From positions 81,862 through 145,861 of the forward strand of contig JAXMOL010000013.1 of NCBI GenBank assembly GCA_034669905.1: a stretch of DNA of 64,000 bases. Direction: 5' to 3'. A model generated the notes under the pieces. The model made no database searches and was not told where the DNA came from. It saw nothing but the letters and a program-made list of their open reading frames with translations. Positions within the stretch are counted from its first letter, which is position 1; the number at the start of each line of letters is the position of its first letter. Source of the DNA: Candidatus Hydrogenedentota bacterium (GTDB lineage: Bacteria > Hydrogenedentota > Hydrogenedentia > Hydrogenedentales > JAEUWI01). Shown here one piece after another: positions 47,001 to 57,656 of the stretch. Both the position numbers and the translations under genes were made by a program.

Positions 47001-47840
47001 TTACTCAGCGGGGAAGAGGTAGTCCGCCAATGCCTGGGCTTCGCTAAAGTCGGGCACGATGATATCGGCGCCCGCCTTGATGAGGCGCTCGCGTTTTTCT
47101 TCATCGAGTCCGAAGCCGGCCTTTTCATCCGAAGGTACTCCGATGGCGATGCCGCCGGCGGCCTTGACGTTGCGGATTTCGACCGGACCATCCCCCACGG
47201 CCATGACTTCGGGGCCACTGAGTTGGTGCTCTTTGACGAGATCCTGGATGATTTTCTCTTTGGAATATTCCTGGAAGGTGCGGAGGGCACCCCAGATTTC
47301 CTTGAAGTAGGGAGCTACGCCGAGGACCTTGGCCTCATTGCGCACGTCTTCCCGGTCCGTTCCGCTGAAGACGTAGAGTTCCAGGTCAGCCTTTTTGGAG
47401 ATAATGTCGAGAAAGTCGGGTGCGCCCTTAACGATGGCCTGCTCGCGGGTCATTTCGCCCGAAGCGAGCTTGGCGAGGCGTTCGCGGACCGGTACCATGA
47501 GGCGTTCCAGGTAGATGGCCTTATAGCCCTGGGCGTCCAGGATATTAGATTCCGGGACGAAGCCCTTTTCCTTGATCATTTCGACCAGCCGTTCCATCTG
47601 GAGGATGGTCTGAATGCCGGTGGTTTCGTCGATCATGGTGCGCACTTCGGCGTCGATTTCAGGCGTGGGTGCCGTGTTGCCACAGATCATTTCCACGCAG
47701 ACCGGGTGCATAATATCCTGCCAGCCTTCCCGGAGGATGCTGATAGTGCCATCGAAATCGAAGAGGCCATACTTGATTTTGCCCCGTTCGACTTCGTTGA
47801 TGATTTCGATTTGGGTGCCGGGCAGATAGTTTCGGCTCAT
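47001..47840 (-). CDS. HAD-family hydrolase
   Basis: Motif I FDFDGT, SGT, K, VGDGPVE. Confidence 0.85.
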   Translation of the reverse strand: MSRNYLPGTQIEIINEVERGKIKYGLFDFDGTISILREGWQDIMHPVCVEMICGNTAPTPEIDAEVRTMIDETTGIQTILQMERLVEMIKEKGFVPESNILDAQGYKAIYLERLMVPVRERLAKLASGEMTREQAIVKGAPDFLDIISKKADLELYVFSGTDREDVRNEAKVLGVAPYFKEIWGALRTFQEYSKEKIIQDLVKEHQLSGPEVMAVGDGPVEIRNVKAAGGIAIGVPSDEKAGFGLDEEKRERLIKAGADIIVPDFSEAQALADYLFPAE

Positions 47841-47993
47841 GCGGAGACTCCTGAAAAACTTAGATGGAAAGGTAGGAAAAACATCACGGATCGGTCACCC
47901 GGCAGCAGCTTCATGCGCGGGTTTCCCACAAAATACCTGGGGGATTGTGACAGGGGCCACCTGTCGCTTCGCCCGACTCTTGAGCGAAGGGGG

Positions 47994-48515
47994 CTATTCT
48001 ACCATGAACTCCACCAGGCTGTGTACCGCCATGGGGGCGAGGTGGGTGCGGCCACCGAGTGGGGGAAGCTCGACCACGAAGGCGGCTTCCGTGACCTCGG
48101 CGCCCAACTCGGCGATGAGATGGGAGACGGCCGCCACGGTGCCGCCCGTCGCGAGCAGATCATCAATGATGACGACTTTCTGGCCGGGCGTGATGGCGTC
48201 GCGGTGGATTTCCACGATGGCGGTCCCATATTCCAGGGCATACTCCCGGGCCAGGGTGTCCCCGGGGAGCTTTCCTTTTTTGCGGGCGGTAACGAAGGGC
48301 AGGCCCATGTCATGGGCCAGGGCCGCACCGAAAATAAAGCCCCGGGCATCGACTCCAACGATGGCGTCGGGGGGACTGGCGGCATAACGTTCTTTGAAGA
48401 GCCGAATGCACTCCCGAAAGGCTTCGGGGATCAGTAGCAGGGTTGTTATATCTTTGAACTGTATGCCGGGGCTTGGAAAATCGGGCACATTGCGGATGTG
48501 TTGGGCGAGATCCAT
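47994..48515 (-). CDS. apt: Adenine phosphoribosyltransferase
   Basis: PDFPSPGIQFKDIT, ARGF, RKKGKLP, LEYG and the PRPP motif VVIIDDLLATGGT. Confidence 0.95.
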   Translation of the reverse strand: MDLAQHIRNVPDFPSPGIQFKDITTLLLIPEAFRECIRLFKERYAASPPDAIVGVDARGFIFGAALAHDMGLPFVTARKKGKLPGDTLAREYALEYGTAIVEIHRDAITPGQKVVIIDDLLATGGTVAAVSHLIAELGAEVTEAAFVVELPPLGGRTHLAPMAVHSLVEFMVE

Positions 48516-48613
48516 GGAGGGTCCTTCTCGGTCAGGCGTGGAATACTACGTAAGGTGGCCCCTGACATCGGGCACCGACGCGCAACCCATAAGCCATAGG
48601 GCCCGACGATAGA

Positions 48614-49444
48614 CTAGGGGCGGAAATCATCTTCGTGACTGGACGCATAGGTCCGAAGCCGCTTCATGACATCCTTTTCAATCTGCCGGATGCGTTCCCG
48701 GGTGAGTTTATACATTTTCCCGGTTTCTTCGAGGGTATGGGCTTTACCGTCGTGAAGGCCGTAGCGGTAGCGGATAATATTGGCTTCCCGCTCCGTGAGC
48801 TGTCCCATCAGCTCTTCCATCTGCTGATCCAATTCGATCTGCTCGATGGCCTTATCCGTCCGTTTGGGCTCCAGGCTCTCCGGGATACCCCGGTCCCCAT
48901 CGCCATCGGTGGACTGCATCCGCTCCAGGGGCGTAACGACATCGGCAAACTCTTGCAGGCGTTTGGCTTCCGCCACCTTGATTTTGAGTTCGCTGGCAAC
49001 GGCTTCGATTTCCGGGTAACGCCCCGACTTGATGTACTCCCGCTCGACCAGCTTCTTGTAGCGGGCCACATTGTCGGTGATATAAACGGGGATGCGGACC
49101 GTACGCCCATGATTAGAAAGCGAGCGGGTGACCGCCTGACGAATCCACCACGTGGCGTAGGTAGAAAACTTGCAGCCCCGGTCCGGGTCGTAGCGTTCGA
49201 CCGCCTTCATGAGCCCGAGGTTGCCCTCTTCGATGAGGTCCATGAGGGGGAGGCCGTAGTAGAGGTATTTCTTGGCAATGCTGACTACCAGGCGAAGATT
49301 GGAGACAATGAGACGTCGTCGTGCGGCGGCATCGCCGGCCTGGGCAGCTTTAGAAAGGCGGATCTCCTCTGAGGAGGAAAGGAGCGGGATCTTGGAAATT
49401 TCCGCCAGATAGGTGCTCAGACCATTTTCACGCGTGTCGGCCAT
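48614..49444 (-). CDS. RpoD/RpoS-family sigma-70 factor lacking region 1.1
   Basis: [47 protein letters not shown]...TRERIRQIE; only 276 aa. Confidence 0.9.
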   Translation of the reverse strand: MADTRENGLSTYLAEISKIPLLSSSEEIRLSKAAQAGDAAARRRLIVSNLRLVVSIAKKYLYYGLPLMDLIEEGNLGLMKAVERYDPDRGCKFSTYATWWIRQAVTRSLSNHGRTVRIPVYITDNVARYKKLVEREYIKSGRYPEIEAVASELKIKVAEAKRLQEFADVVTPLERMQSTDGDGDRGIPESLEPKRTDKAIEQIELDQQMEELMGQLTEREANIIRYRYGLHDGKAHTLEETGKMYKLTRERIRQIEKDVMKRLRTYASSHEDDFRP

Positions 49445-49852
49445 GGGGTCTCTTCAGGGAGGACCTAAGGGCCATCCCAGTAAGTAGATAAGCAGCAGTG
49501 GTTCGAAATACTGTATTCACACCCGGTGCCAATTAATACCAGAATCCTCGGGATTGTCACTTCACACAACCATGCGTACTACCCGGTGGGAATTTCAGGC
49601 CCTACCAATAGCGGCGAATGGAAACGATCGCGATTCTAACAGCTATCCCTAGTGTGGTTTATCTCACCGTGTGGGTCCATAATACATAACCGCCCCAAAG
49701 GGTTCAAGGTCCATGGCGGAATGACACAATCCGTGGTATTAGCAGTAAGCGTGTTGCTTGTGAGTTTTTAATGGAGGGGCCGTTTTACCCGCGCAAATCG
49801 GGGGCGTGACGGCCTTGACATGGCAGGCGGTGGAGCGGGACAATACGGAGTT

Positions 49853-50329
49853 ATGCTTGATCCACACGAACGCTATATGGGCTATGCTATCCGCGAAGCG
49901 GCCCGGGCCATGGAAAACGGGGAAGTGCCTGTGGGGTGCGTCATCGTCCATGAAGGCCAGATCATCGCCAAGGCCCACAATCAGCGCGAGACCCTGCAAG
50001 ATCCCACGGCCCACGCCGAAGTCATAGCCATCACCTCGGCTGCGGCGGCATTGGGGAGTTGGCGTCTGGAGAATACCCAGATGTATGTGACCCTGGAGCC
50101 CTGCCCCATGTGTGCGGGTGCTATCATCATGTCCCGCATCGAAACGGTCTACTTCGGCGCGACCGACCCCAAGGGGGGGTGCTGTGGTAGTTTGATGAAT
50201 CTGCTGACCGACGAGCGCTTTAACCACCAGCCCACCCTGGAAGGGGGATTGATGGCGGAGACGTGTGGCGAGATGCTGTCGACCTTCTTTCGGGAGATTC
50301 GGGCCGGGATTCGGGCGCGACAGAATTAG
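49853..50329 (+). CDS. tadA: tRNA adenosine(34) deaminase
   Basis: EVPVG, DPTAHAE, TLEPCPMC, DPKGG, FNH, FFR. Confidence 0.9.
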   Translation: MLDPHERYMGYAIREAARAMENGEVPVGCVIVHEGQIIAKAHNQRETLQDPTAHAEVIAITSAAAALGSWRLENTQMYVTLEPCPMCAGAIIMSRIETVYFGATDPKGGCCGSLMNLLTDERFNHQPTLEGGLMAETCGEMLSTFFREIRAGIRARQN

Positions 50330-50417
50330 GCTAAACCAACTTCCCCATATCCCGGTCTAACTTTCGGCGTGCTGTGGCGCGCGGGAGAAAAACCGGTTTA
50401 ACCAGGGAGTGGATACC

Positions 50418-51686
50418 ATGTCGTTGTTACGGAATCGGGTGCTGGCTTCGGTGCTGACCCTTGTCTTTGTTGTGGGTACGGCGGATGCCCTCCGGGTAGG
50501 TGCCGCCCATACGGTCCTGACTCCCAAAGAGCCCATGCCCCTTTCGGGTGGCGTGGGGACCCCGGCACCGGCCAAAGGGCAACTGGGCGATCTTTTTGCC
50601 CGGGCCATGGTCTTCGAAGCGGGAGAAACGCGGGTGGCCCTGGTGAGCGTCGATTTTCTGGGCTTTCCCGGTGTACTCAGTGACCAGGTGCGTGCGAAGG
50701 TGAAGGGGATTCCCGGTACCAACATTCTTATCGGGGCGACCCACACCCACAGCGGCCCCGATGTCTACGCGTTTCCCGATGGCGAAGGCGGGCACCATGG
50801 GGATATGGAGTACATCGCCTGGGTCGTTGACCAGACGGCAGCAGCTATCAATGAAGCGGTCGATACGCTGCAACCGGCGGTATTGAAGATCAACATGGGT
50901 GAAGCAAAGGGGAAGATTGCCTTCAACTATTACGCGCCCCAGCTCTATGATCCGCGCTGCAGCGTGATTCAGGCCCTTACCCCGGACTCTGACAAGGTCA
51001 TTGCGACCCTGGTGAATTATGCGAGTCACCCGGAAGTGCTCGGTTCCAAGCGCGGCATGCTGAGCCCCGATTTTTGTGGTCCCCTCTATGATCGCATCGA
51101 AGAAAAAACCGGCGGCATGGCCCTCTTTATGAATGGGGCCCAGGGCGGTATGGTCACCGCCGATAACCGGGACGTGCCGGAAGACACGGAGAGTATGTGG
51201 AAGGAATGTATCCGCATTGGCGAATTGCTGGCCGACGAAGCGTTGCGTATTGTGGCCGATGCGCCCATCCAGGCCGAGCCGGATGTGTTCTGCGCGTCGG
51301 AGCGCCTGACCTTTCCGATAACGAGTCCCCTTATTCTCCAGTTGTTTGGCCACTCCGGGCTTGATTACAGCAGCGTTTCGGACGGCGACAACATCTCCAC
51401 CCAGATGAACTTGGTGAATATCGGATCGGCCCAGTTGGTCAACATTCCCGGCGAGGCCCTGCCCAACATTGGTTACTACCTCAAGAAGAATATGGCGACG
51501 GAGCATCCCTTCCTATTGGGGCTGACCAATGATGCCTTTGGCTATATTCTCAGCCGCGTCGATTTTTCCAGTTTTGAACGCTATGACTACGTTTCGCAGA
51601 CCAGTCTTGGCGAAGGCACGGGCCCCATCCTGATCGAACAAATTCTGGGTATGGTGGAGCGGTATCCGGGGCCGAAGAAGCCGTAA
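50418..51686 (+). CDS. Secreted neutral/alkaline ceramidase-like hydrolase
   Basis: Signal peptide with ATHTHSGPD, NYASHPE, SPDF, NGAQGG, IPGE. Confidence 0.75.
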   Translation: MSLLRNRVLASVLTLVFVVGTADALRVGAAHTVLTPKEPMPLSGGVGTPAPAKGQLGDLFARAMVFEAGETRVALVSVDFLGFPGVLSDQVRAKVKGIPGTNILIGATHTHSGPDVYAFPDGEGGHHGDMEYIAWVVDQTAAAINEAVDTLQPAVLKINMGEAKGKIAFNYYAPQLYDPRCSVIQALTPDSDKVIATLVNYASHPEVLGSKRGMLSPDFCGPLYDRIEEKTGGMALFMNGAQGGMVTADNRDVPEDTESMWKECIRIGELLADEALRIVADAPIQAEPDVFCASERLTFPITSPLILQLFGHSGLDYSSVSDGDNISTQMNLVNIGSAQLVNIPGEALPNIGYYLKKNMATEHPFLLGLTNDAFGYILSRVDFSSFERYDYVSQTSLGEGTGPILIEQILGMVERYPGPKKP

Positions 51687-51842
51687 ACCCCGTCTGAAAT
51701 ATACCTCCTCAAAAATGCCCTGCAGCGGTCATCGTTGCGGGGCGTTTGTTCGTTGACCTGTTACGAAGCTGTTACAAGGATACCGAATGGCGTGTGCTAG
51801 GGTGGTGCTGTAGCAATGGCATAGGCGCAACGGAGAAGCACA

Positions 51843-52541
51843 ATGGTCATCAAGCAATGGATATGGTGGGGGATGTTGGTCATCTGGGGAAGTGGGGTGG
51901 CGCTTGCCGATGAATTGCCTACGGACCGCGTCTCGTTTGAGATCTTTGGCGAAGCCCATCGATTCCTGTTTATGGCCGTCCTCGAGGGGTACTACGAAGA
52001 TGGGGTCAGCCGTTCCGACGTGGCTCGGATCCTCCACCGGGAGGAAGGGAAAGGCTATGACCATTTCATTTACGCCTGTCCGATTTGTACGGCGGTCCAA
52101 CAGGCCAGTGAGCTCTATGCGAATCGCCCGGAATTATCCATGTATAAACCTCCCAGTTATCACGTGAAGGAAGCGACGTTTGGCAAGGGGCTCGCTCCCG
52201 AACTCAGTGCGGGCCTCGCGTCGGAGTCGGTGGAGACCCGACTGAAGACAATTTTTCAATTGGTCAATACGTGGGTGAACCGCAAGTTGGAACGCTCGCG
52301 GCTGAGTGAATCTGAGCGCAGCCAACTTATGGCGGAGATGGAGGCGGGGAAAGCCCTTGGGATGCGTCGCCTTGCGGGCTATAAGAAGGCGGCGGATGGG
52401 GCTATCCTGGATAGTTCTGCGCCCGGCTTTGCCAAGCTGGATGCGTGCGCCATGTGCAACGGCGCGACCAATTCGACCTTCCAGGGGCTGGAACCCAAGG
52501 GAGTCGTAACCCTTTCTCCGAGTTCGTTGGTTAAAAAGTAA
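51843..52541 (+). CDS. Exported hypothetical protein with two CxxC motifs
   Basis: Signal peptide ending ALA-D; CPIC and CAMC; GGAG RBS. Confidence 0.7.
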   Translation: MVIKQWIWWGMLVIWGSGVALADELPTDRVSFEIFGEAHRFLFMAVLEGYYEDGVSRSDVARILHREEGKGYDHFIYACPICTAVQQASELYANRPELSMYKPPSYHVKEATFGKGLAPELSAGLASESVETRLKTIFQLVNTWVNRKLERSRLSESERSQLMAEMEAGKALGMRRLAGYKKAADGAILDSSAPGFAKLDACAMCNGATNSTFQGLEPKGVVTLSPSSLVKK

Positions 52542-52580
52542 ACGATATGTTCCCTGTCATCGGCCTTAGCGAGAATTGGC

Positions 52581-52616
52581 TTGACATCAACCTGGATTTG
52601 AACTATAAAGATAGTT
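52581..52616 (+). promoter_or_regulatory. Sigma-70 promoter with an overlapping BlaI-type operator
   Basis: TTGACA-N17-TATAAA (52581-52609). The palindrome AACTAT-AAAG-ATAGTT (52601-52616) covers the -10. Confidence 0.75.
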
Positions 52617-52651
52617 GAAGTTGGTGTTTGTGGCTAAAGTCGACATGAGGA

Positions 52652-53074
52652 GTGAGTGGGGTTATGGCGGACAACAAGAAGCGCACGATGAAGGAACTCC
52701 CCCCGTTGTCCCGGTTGGAGCAGCGGATTATGGGCATCGTCTGGAATCTGGGGGAGTGCAGTTCCGCGGAGGTGATTGCCGCCCACAATGAGACCGAGCG
52801 ATTGGCGGAGACAACCATCCGTACGGTGCTGGCCAACTTGCGGAAGAAGGGCTACATCGAGCTGGTCCCCACCGTCGAGCGGCAGCACAGGCTGAAGCCG
52901 GCGGTGAGTCGGGAGAAGGTGGGGCGGCGCACGCTTCGCGAATTGGTGGCTGGATTTTTTGGCGGGTCTCCCCAGCAAATTTTTTCTTATCTTATTAAGG
53001 AAGAGCAGCTTAGTGAAGACGATCTAGAGGAATTGCGGCGTCTCATCGAAGCGCGTCAGCAGAAGGGGAAGTGA
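52652..53074 (+). CDS. BlaI/MecI/CopY family repressor
   Basis: LSRLEQRIMGIVW, LAETTIRTVLANL.KKG, FFGGS, LSEDDLEELRRLI. Start may be at 52664 or 52688. Confidence 0.92.
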   Translation: MSGVMADNKKRTMKELPPLSRLEQRIMGIVWNLGECSSAEVIAAHNETERLAETTIRTVLANLRKKGYIELVPTVERQHRLKPAVSREKVGRRTLRELVAGFFGGSPQQIFSYLIKEEQLSEDDLEELRRLIEARQQKGK

Positions 53075-53075
53075 T

Positions 53076-56000
53076 ATGGGTGACGTGGGACTGTTGTTAA
53101 ACGGACTCTTCGAGGATACCCCATTACTTGGGCGCGTGTTCTTCGTGAGCGTAGAACTGTGTCTTCTGGCACCCCTATTGGCCCTGGCGATAAAGGTGGG
53201 GTTGCTGAAGACCTATCGCTTGCAGTCACTCCTGTGGTTTTTCCTTCTCTTGAACGTATTGGTCGGTGTCTTGATGAGGGCACCGATGGACATTACGCTT
53301 TGGCGCAATGAGTTGCCAACCGTGCCGACCGTGGTGGCAACCCCGGAAAACGTCTTCCGGCCCCAATTGCGGGAGCGGGTCCGGCAGGCAGATGGCCCAC
53401 CCGCGACGGAAGGGGTTTTGCGGGACATCAGCACCCCCATGACGCCGCCTCCGGGCATCGCGCCCCCCACGGTGCGCGCATCGGCCCTGCCCCATTGGTG
53501 GGCCAGCCTCACGGTGTTTCATGGGATCGGTCTGTGTTGGGCGCTGGGCGTCTTGACCATGCTCTCCTTGCTGGGGGTAGAACGTATCCGACTGACGCGC
53601 TTGCTCCGGAGGACGGTCGCTCCGTCAGACGCCTTGCAGGCCCAATTCCAGGCCGAGGCGGATCGTATGCGCATGGTGTGGGAGCCGGTGCTCCGGGTTA
53701 CCCGCGATCTGGAAACTCCGGCCATCGTCGGCATACTTCGTCCCGTTGTTCTCGTCCCCCAATGGCTGGAAAAAGAGGGCACCAGGGAGCAATGGGCGTG
53801 GACCTTGCGTCATGAATTGACCCACTGGCGCCACGGCGATACCCTCGCCCAGATGCTGCGGCTGGTGGTGCAGGCCGTGTTCTTCTTCCATCCGGTGGTC
53901 TGGTGGGCGGGAAAGCGGTGGGAAGAGGCGGCAGAGTTGGCCTGTGACCGCTCCCTGTTGCGTGACGAACAGGACGCGGTGGGCTATGCCCAGGAATTGT
54001 GCGAATTGCTCGGGATGATTGGCAAACGGAAACGCCCCCTCATGTCGACGGGACTTTTTGCCAGCCGGAGTCATATCGGACGGCGCATCGAGACCCTGTT
54101 ACGTGATCCCCTGGCGCTGCCCGGGCGACTGGGCACGGGGCGTCGCATCCTGGCGTGCCTGGTGCTTATTGCCATGTTGGGGGTTGAGTTTCGCAGTGCG
54201 ACCTCCAGCGTCACGCCCGTTTCGCCGGTCCTCAATCGGGTGCTGTCCGGTGCTGCCGAAGGAGAGACCTTGGGCCGTCGGGTACTCCAGTTTCCCGAGG
54301 ACTATGCTATCGGTACCGTGTCCGTCGGGCGGGAGTCTTTTGATGCCCGCGGTGCCGTGCCCATTCCGGAAGGGGCCACGGTTTCCCTTCGGATTAATGA
54401 TACCGGTGCGGCCGACCTCTCGGTCCTTTCCACCTTCGGGCCCAACGATATCCAGTCCATTTCCATGAGTCGTACCATGGTACAAGATGAGCAGCTGGTC
54501 CACCTGCAGGGGCTGACGGGGCTTCAGCGTCTCGCCATGGAAGAAACGGCTATTGGCGATGCCGGGATGCAATACCTGGCAAACCTGACCGAACTCACAG
54601 AATTGAATATCGACAGTACGCTGGTTGGCGACGGGGGCATGGCCTACGTGGCGGGCATGACCCGAATGCAAGATCTGGAATTGAATCGCTCCCAGGTGGG
54701 CGATGTGGGCCTGTCCTATATCCAGGAAATGAAAGAGCTGACCCACCTCGATATGTGGATGCTCGATATTACGGATGAGGGGATGCAGTACCTGGCAGGC
54801 CTGGAGAAGCTCTATGCCCTGGGTCTGGAGGATACCCTGATTTCGGATGAGGGCCTCAAATATCTGGAGGGCCTGCCCAACCTTCAGCGGATGAATCTGG
54901 AGAACAATAATATTACCGATGGGGGGCTGGCTTCTCTCGTAAAAATTCCACGACTTGCTGAAATCAGCCTGGCGGATACCTATCTGACCGACGCCGGTAT
55001 GGCGCTCCTGGCCACGGCCCCGCACTTACAAGCGGCTATCTTGCCCATCCAGATAAGTCCGGAAGGGCTGAAGGCGCTCGAAGGTACACCCGTGGGGCAC
55101 TATGCGGCGTCCCATCGGGGCAATCGCAAAGTGGAGGTGGCAATCTCCGGTGAGAATCGTCCGCTGCCCCAGGCCCACTTCCTATTGGTTGAGGAACTGG
55201 GGCCGGGCGATGAAGCGGTCCATGTCTATCGGACGGATGCCCATGGCAAGGCCACCCTTTATCTGCCGAACCGCGACGTGCCCTATCGGCTGCGGGCCTT
55301 TGCGGAGGGCTATGTGACCAATGAAGCGGCCTGGTCGGCACCGGCACCGACCGTATTAACCCTCAACCTCGAAGCAGCGTCTCGCATGGGCGGGCAGGTG
55401 GTGGATGGTCGTGGGCGTCCGGTGGCGGGGGTGTCGGTTTCGATTCCGGTGCTGGGTGGGCATAACTGGGATTCCAGTGAGGCCTTGCCCCACGCGGTGG
55501 TGACCGACGACGGGGGCCGCTGGACCTGCGACGTGGTGCCGACGGAGCTGGTGGATTTCTGGGTGTCCCTGGATCACCGGGATTTCGCGACAACAACCTA
55601 TCGTCAGGCCGATCTGCCCCTGGCAGCCTTACGCAACGAGACGGCGGTGTTGGCCATCGCCGATCCCATCGGGCTTCCGGGACGTGTAGTCGACGGAAAC
55701 GGAGCGCCGGTGGAAGGTGCGCGTGTTGCCGAGTTGGAGCGCTGGCGGCAGCGTGGGGTTCGGGCCACGGGGCGGGCTGCGGTGAGTGATGAAGAGGGTG
55801 CTTTTGAGATAAGACCCATCCGACCTGGCGAAACGATCTTGAAAGTGGAGGCCCCGGGATACGTGCCCCATTCCCCGTCGGTGAACGTGGTCGCCGATAT
55901 GGCCCCCCTGGAAATCGTGCTGGAATCTGCGGGCGCATTGCGGGGGAAGGCGGTCACAGCGGCGAAGGAGCCCCTGGCGGGATTGCAGATTTGGGCCAGC

Positions 56001-57020
56001 GTCATGGCAGAGAATGGCGTGCGGCTGGGCAGTTGGCATGGTGAGACGGACGGAGAAGGGCGTTTTGAATGGACGGAAGTTCCCACGGGTGTCGTAAGTT
56101 TGTACTTTCGCCAGGGCGATGAGCAACACCGGGTAGAGGCTGTTACGGTTTCGAATACGGAGCAGGAGTTTGTGCTTCCCTTCGCGCCCATCGACACCGA
56201 GGGCCTGGAGGCCGGTCGCGCCCTGTTGTCCCGCTTTAACGCGGCCCATCAGGAAAGGGCGGTGGGGGCGGTGCAGTTTTCCATGCAGGTTACGGAGTTT
56301 TTTCAGGAAGGCGAGGCGCCTACGGTGCGTCGGTATGACGTGGTACGGGCGGGTGACGGACGCTATCGGGAAGTGGTGCGCTTTGGTGAAGAGGGTGCCG
56401 AAAAACTGCCATGGCGTCACGCCTGGGATGGCACCATGTCGATGGGGCATGGCCAACCGGCTCCCGGTGGGGAGGAGGCGGCCGACCCGACGCTGTACAC
56501 GATCGGCCGGGAATTTAAGGAGCCATTGCATCTGGTGGCATTGGATTGGTACCTGCATTTTGTGCGCGATCACTCACCCACGGAACGTTTTGAGGTAATG
56601 ACGTATAAAGAAAAGGTACTTACGTTGGGCGAAGATGGTGTCGTCGGGATGAAGCTCTGGTTTTCGGACCCGGAAAAACTGCAGGTGGAGCGCGCCGCCT
56701 ATTTTGATGAAGAAGGTGAGGCGGTGTTTTCTGTTCAGGTTCAGGAGTGGTTCGAGCACAAGGGCGTGGTCTTCCCCAAGGTGGCAGAGGGCGCCTATAA
56801 CTATCCGCTTTTCAAAGGAAGGGCACAACTCACGGTGACGCCTTTTGAGTCGGTGGAGCTAAAGAAGGAATCCTTCTTGTTGACAGTGGCGCGAGATGGT
56901 GCCACACGGTTGTACGACCTGGACACGGAACAAAGCGTGGCGGTGGCTGCGCTTGACGCCCGCCTGGTGGCAGAAAACCGATACCAGGAGGCGCTGTCGC
57001 GTTATGGCGCGACCGAATAA
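53076..57020 (+). CDS. BlaR1-type M56 metallopeptidase sensor with leucine-rich repeats and carboxypeptidase-regulatory-like repeats
   Basis: HELTH, FFHPVVW, ELACD; about 8-9 24-aa LRRs (L..L.L..T.I.D.G...L); G.VVD..G.PV.G repeats. Confidence 0.9.
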   Translation: MGDVGLLLNGLFEDTPLLGRVFFVSVELCLLAPLLALAIKVGLLKTYRLQSLLWFFLLLNVLVGVLMRAPMDITLWRNELPTVPTVVATPENVFRPQLRERVRQADGPPATEGVLRDISTPMTPPPGIAPPTVRASALPHWWASLTVFHGIGLCWALGVLTMLSLLGVERIRLTRLLRRTVAPSDALQAQFQAEADRMRMVWEPVLRVTRDLETPAIVGILRPVVLVPQWLEKEGTREQWAWTLRHELTHWRHGDTLAQMLRLVVQAVFFFHPVVWWAGKRWEEAAELACDRSLLRDEQDAVGYAQELCELLGMIGKRKRPLMSTGLFASRSHIGRRIETLLRDPLALPGRLGTGRRILACLVLIAMLGVEFRSATSSVTPVSPVLNRVLSGAAEGETLGRRVLQFPEDYAIGTVSVGRESFDARGAVPIPEGATVSLRINDTGAADLSVLSTFGPNDIQSISMSRTMVQDEQLVHLQGLTGLQRLAMEETAIGDAGMQYLANLTELTELNIDSTLVGDGGMAYVAGMTRMQDLELNRSQVGDVGLSYIQEMKELTHLDMWMLDITDEGMQYLAGLEKLYALGLEDTLISDEGLKYLEGLPNLQRMNLENNNITDGGLASLVKIPRLAEISLADTYLTDAGMALLATAPHLQAAILPIQISPEGLKALEGTPVGHYAASHRGNRKVEVAISGENRPLPQAHFLLVEELGPGDEAVHVYRTDAHGKATLYLPNRDVPYRLRAFAEGYVTNEAAWSAPAPTVLTLNLEAASRMGGQVVDGRGRPVAGVSVSIPVLGGHNWDSSEALPHAVVTDDGGRWTCDVVPTELVDFWVSLDHRDFATTTYRQADLPLAALRNETAVLAIADPIGLPGRVVDGNGAPVEGARVAELERWRQRGVRATGRAAVSDEEGAFEIRPIRPGETILKVEAPGYVPHSPSVNVVADMAPLEIVLESAGALRGKAVTAAKEPLAGLQIWASVMAENGVRLGSWHGETDGEGRFEWTEVPTGVVSLYFRQGDEQHRVEAVTVSNTEQEFVLPFAPIDTEGLEAGRALLSRFNAAHQERAVGAVQFSMQVTEFFQEGEAPTVRRYDVVRAGDGRYREVVRFGEEGAEKLPWRHAWDGTMSMGHGQPAPGGEEAADPTLYTIGREFKEPLHLVALDWYLHFVRDHSPTERFEVMTYKEKVLTLGEDGVVGMKLWFSDPEKLQVERAAYFDEEGEAVFSVQVQEWFEHKGVVFPKVAEGAYNYPLFKGRAQLTVTPFESVELKKESFLLTVARDGATRLYDLDTEQSVAVAALDARLVAENRYQEALSRYGATE

Positions 57021-57310
57021 ACTACGCGAATCTGCTGTAGTACCCATGTCAATCGTTAAGAAGGTGTAGTGGTAGTCGGGTTGCACCGGACGATTTGTCA
57101 AAGAAAAGCGCTGTGTCACGGATTTTCGTGATCGACGTACCGCTTCCAGGTCATTACCCTGCTAAAGGGCTGCGAGGTGGAATACAGCGCGTTGAGGAAC
57201 GCATAGCGATCCGGCCTGATTGGCAGGTAGGTGTCTGTGCACATTGAGGCAGGAAAAGAAAGGGCAGGGGAATGTCAGAAGAATGCGGCAACGAACGTCG
57301 GGCGCGGGGT

Positions 57311-57550
57311 ATGAAACGGTGGATTGTATTGGCGATTTTGGCCTGTTGGGGCGCGCAGGCCATTGGCTACTGGGGCAGTGAGATATACGCCAATGAGCGA
57401 GCGAGAATGGACCGCGTGGACCGTTCACGTCGGCCACTTTTCAGTACGATTCCATCGGACGTTAGAAAGCAAATCGTCGAGCGGGCTGCGGCAATGCAAC
57501 GGGCAAGAGAGGCGGAGTTGGAGGCAGGGAGAATAGCGGAAAGCGAATAG
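57311..57550 (+). CDS. Small exported hypothetical protein
   Basis: MKRWIVLAILACWGAQAIG signal-like N-terminus; 79 aa. Confidence 0.45.
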   Translation: MKRWIVLAILACWGAQAIGYWGSEIYANERARMDRVDRSRRPLFSTIPSDVRKQIVERAAAMQRAREAELEAGRIAESE

Positions 57551-57656
57551 GGGCAGAGACGGCAGGGGGCAGTTGACAGTTGATAGTTGACCGTCGAAAG
57601 TGCGTCGATCACCAGAGCACCAAGGTCACTGCTGTCCCTGCTGTCTCTCAATAACC

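Noticed and set aside
48614..49444. Naming the sigma factor rpoD or rpoS
   Set aside because: Too short for RpoD (no region 1.1), and RpoS orthology cannot be shown without a phylogeny.
49514..49533. Sigma-54-like TTGGCAC upstream of the sigma-70 paralog
   Set aside because: The -12 position reads GA rather than the required GC.
57170..57240. Possible c-di-GMP-I riboswitch (aacgcatagcgatccggcct...ggtag)
   Set aside because: Lacks the GGCAAAC...GAAA...GACGCAAAG P2 core; the resemblance is superficial.
57571..57591. 7-bp triplet agttgac agttgat agttgac
   Set aside because: Real but too short, and no function can be supported from this window.
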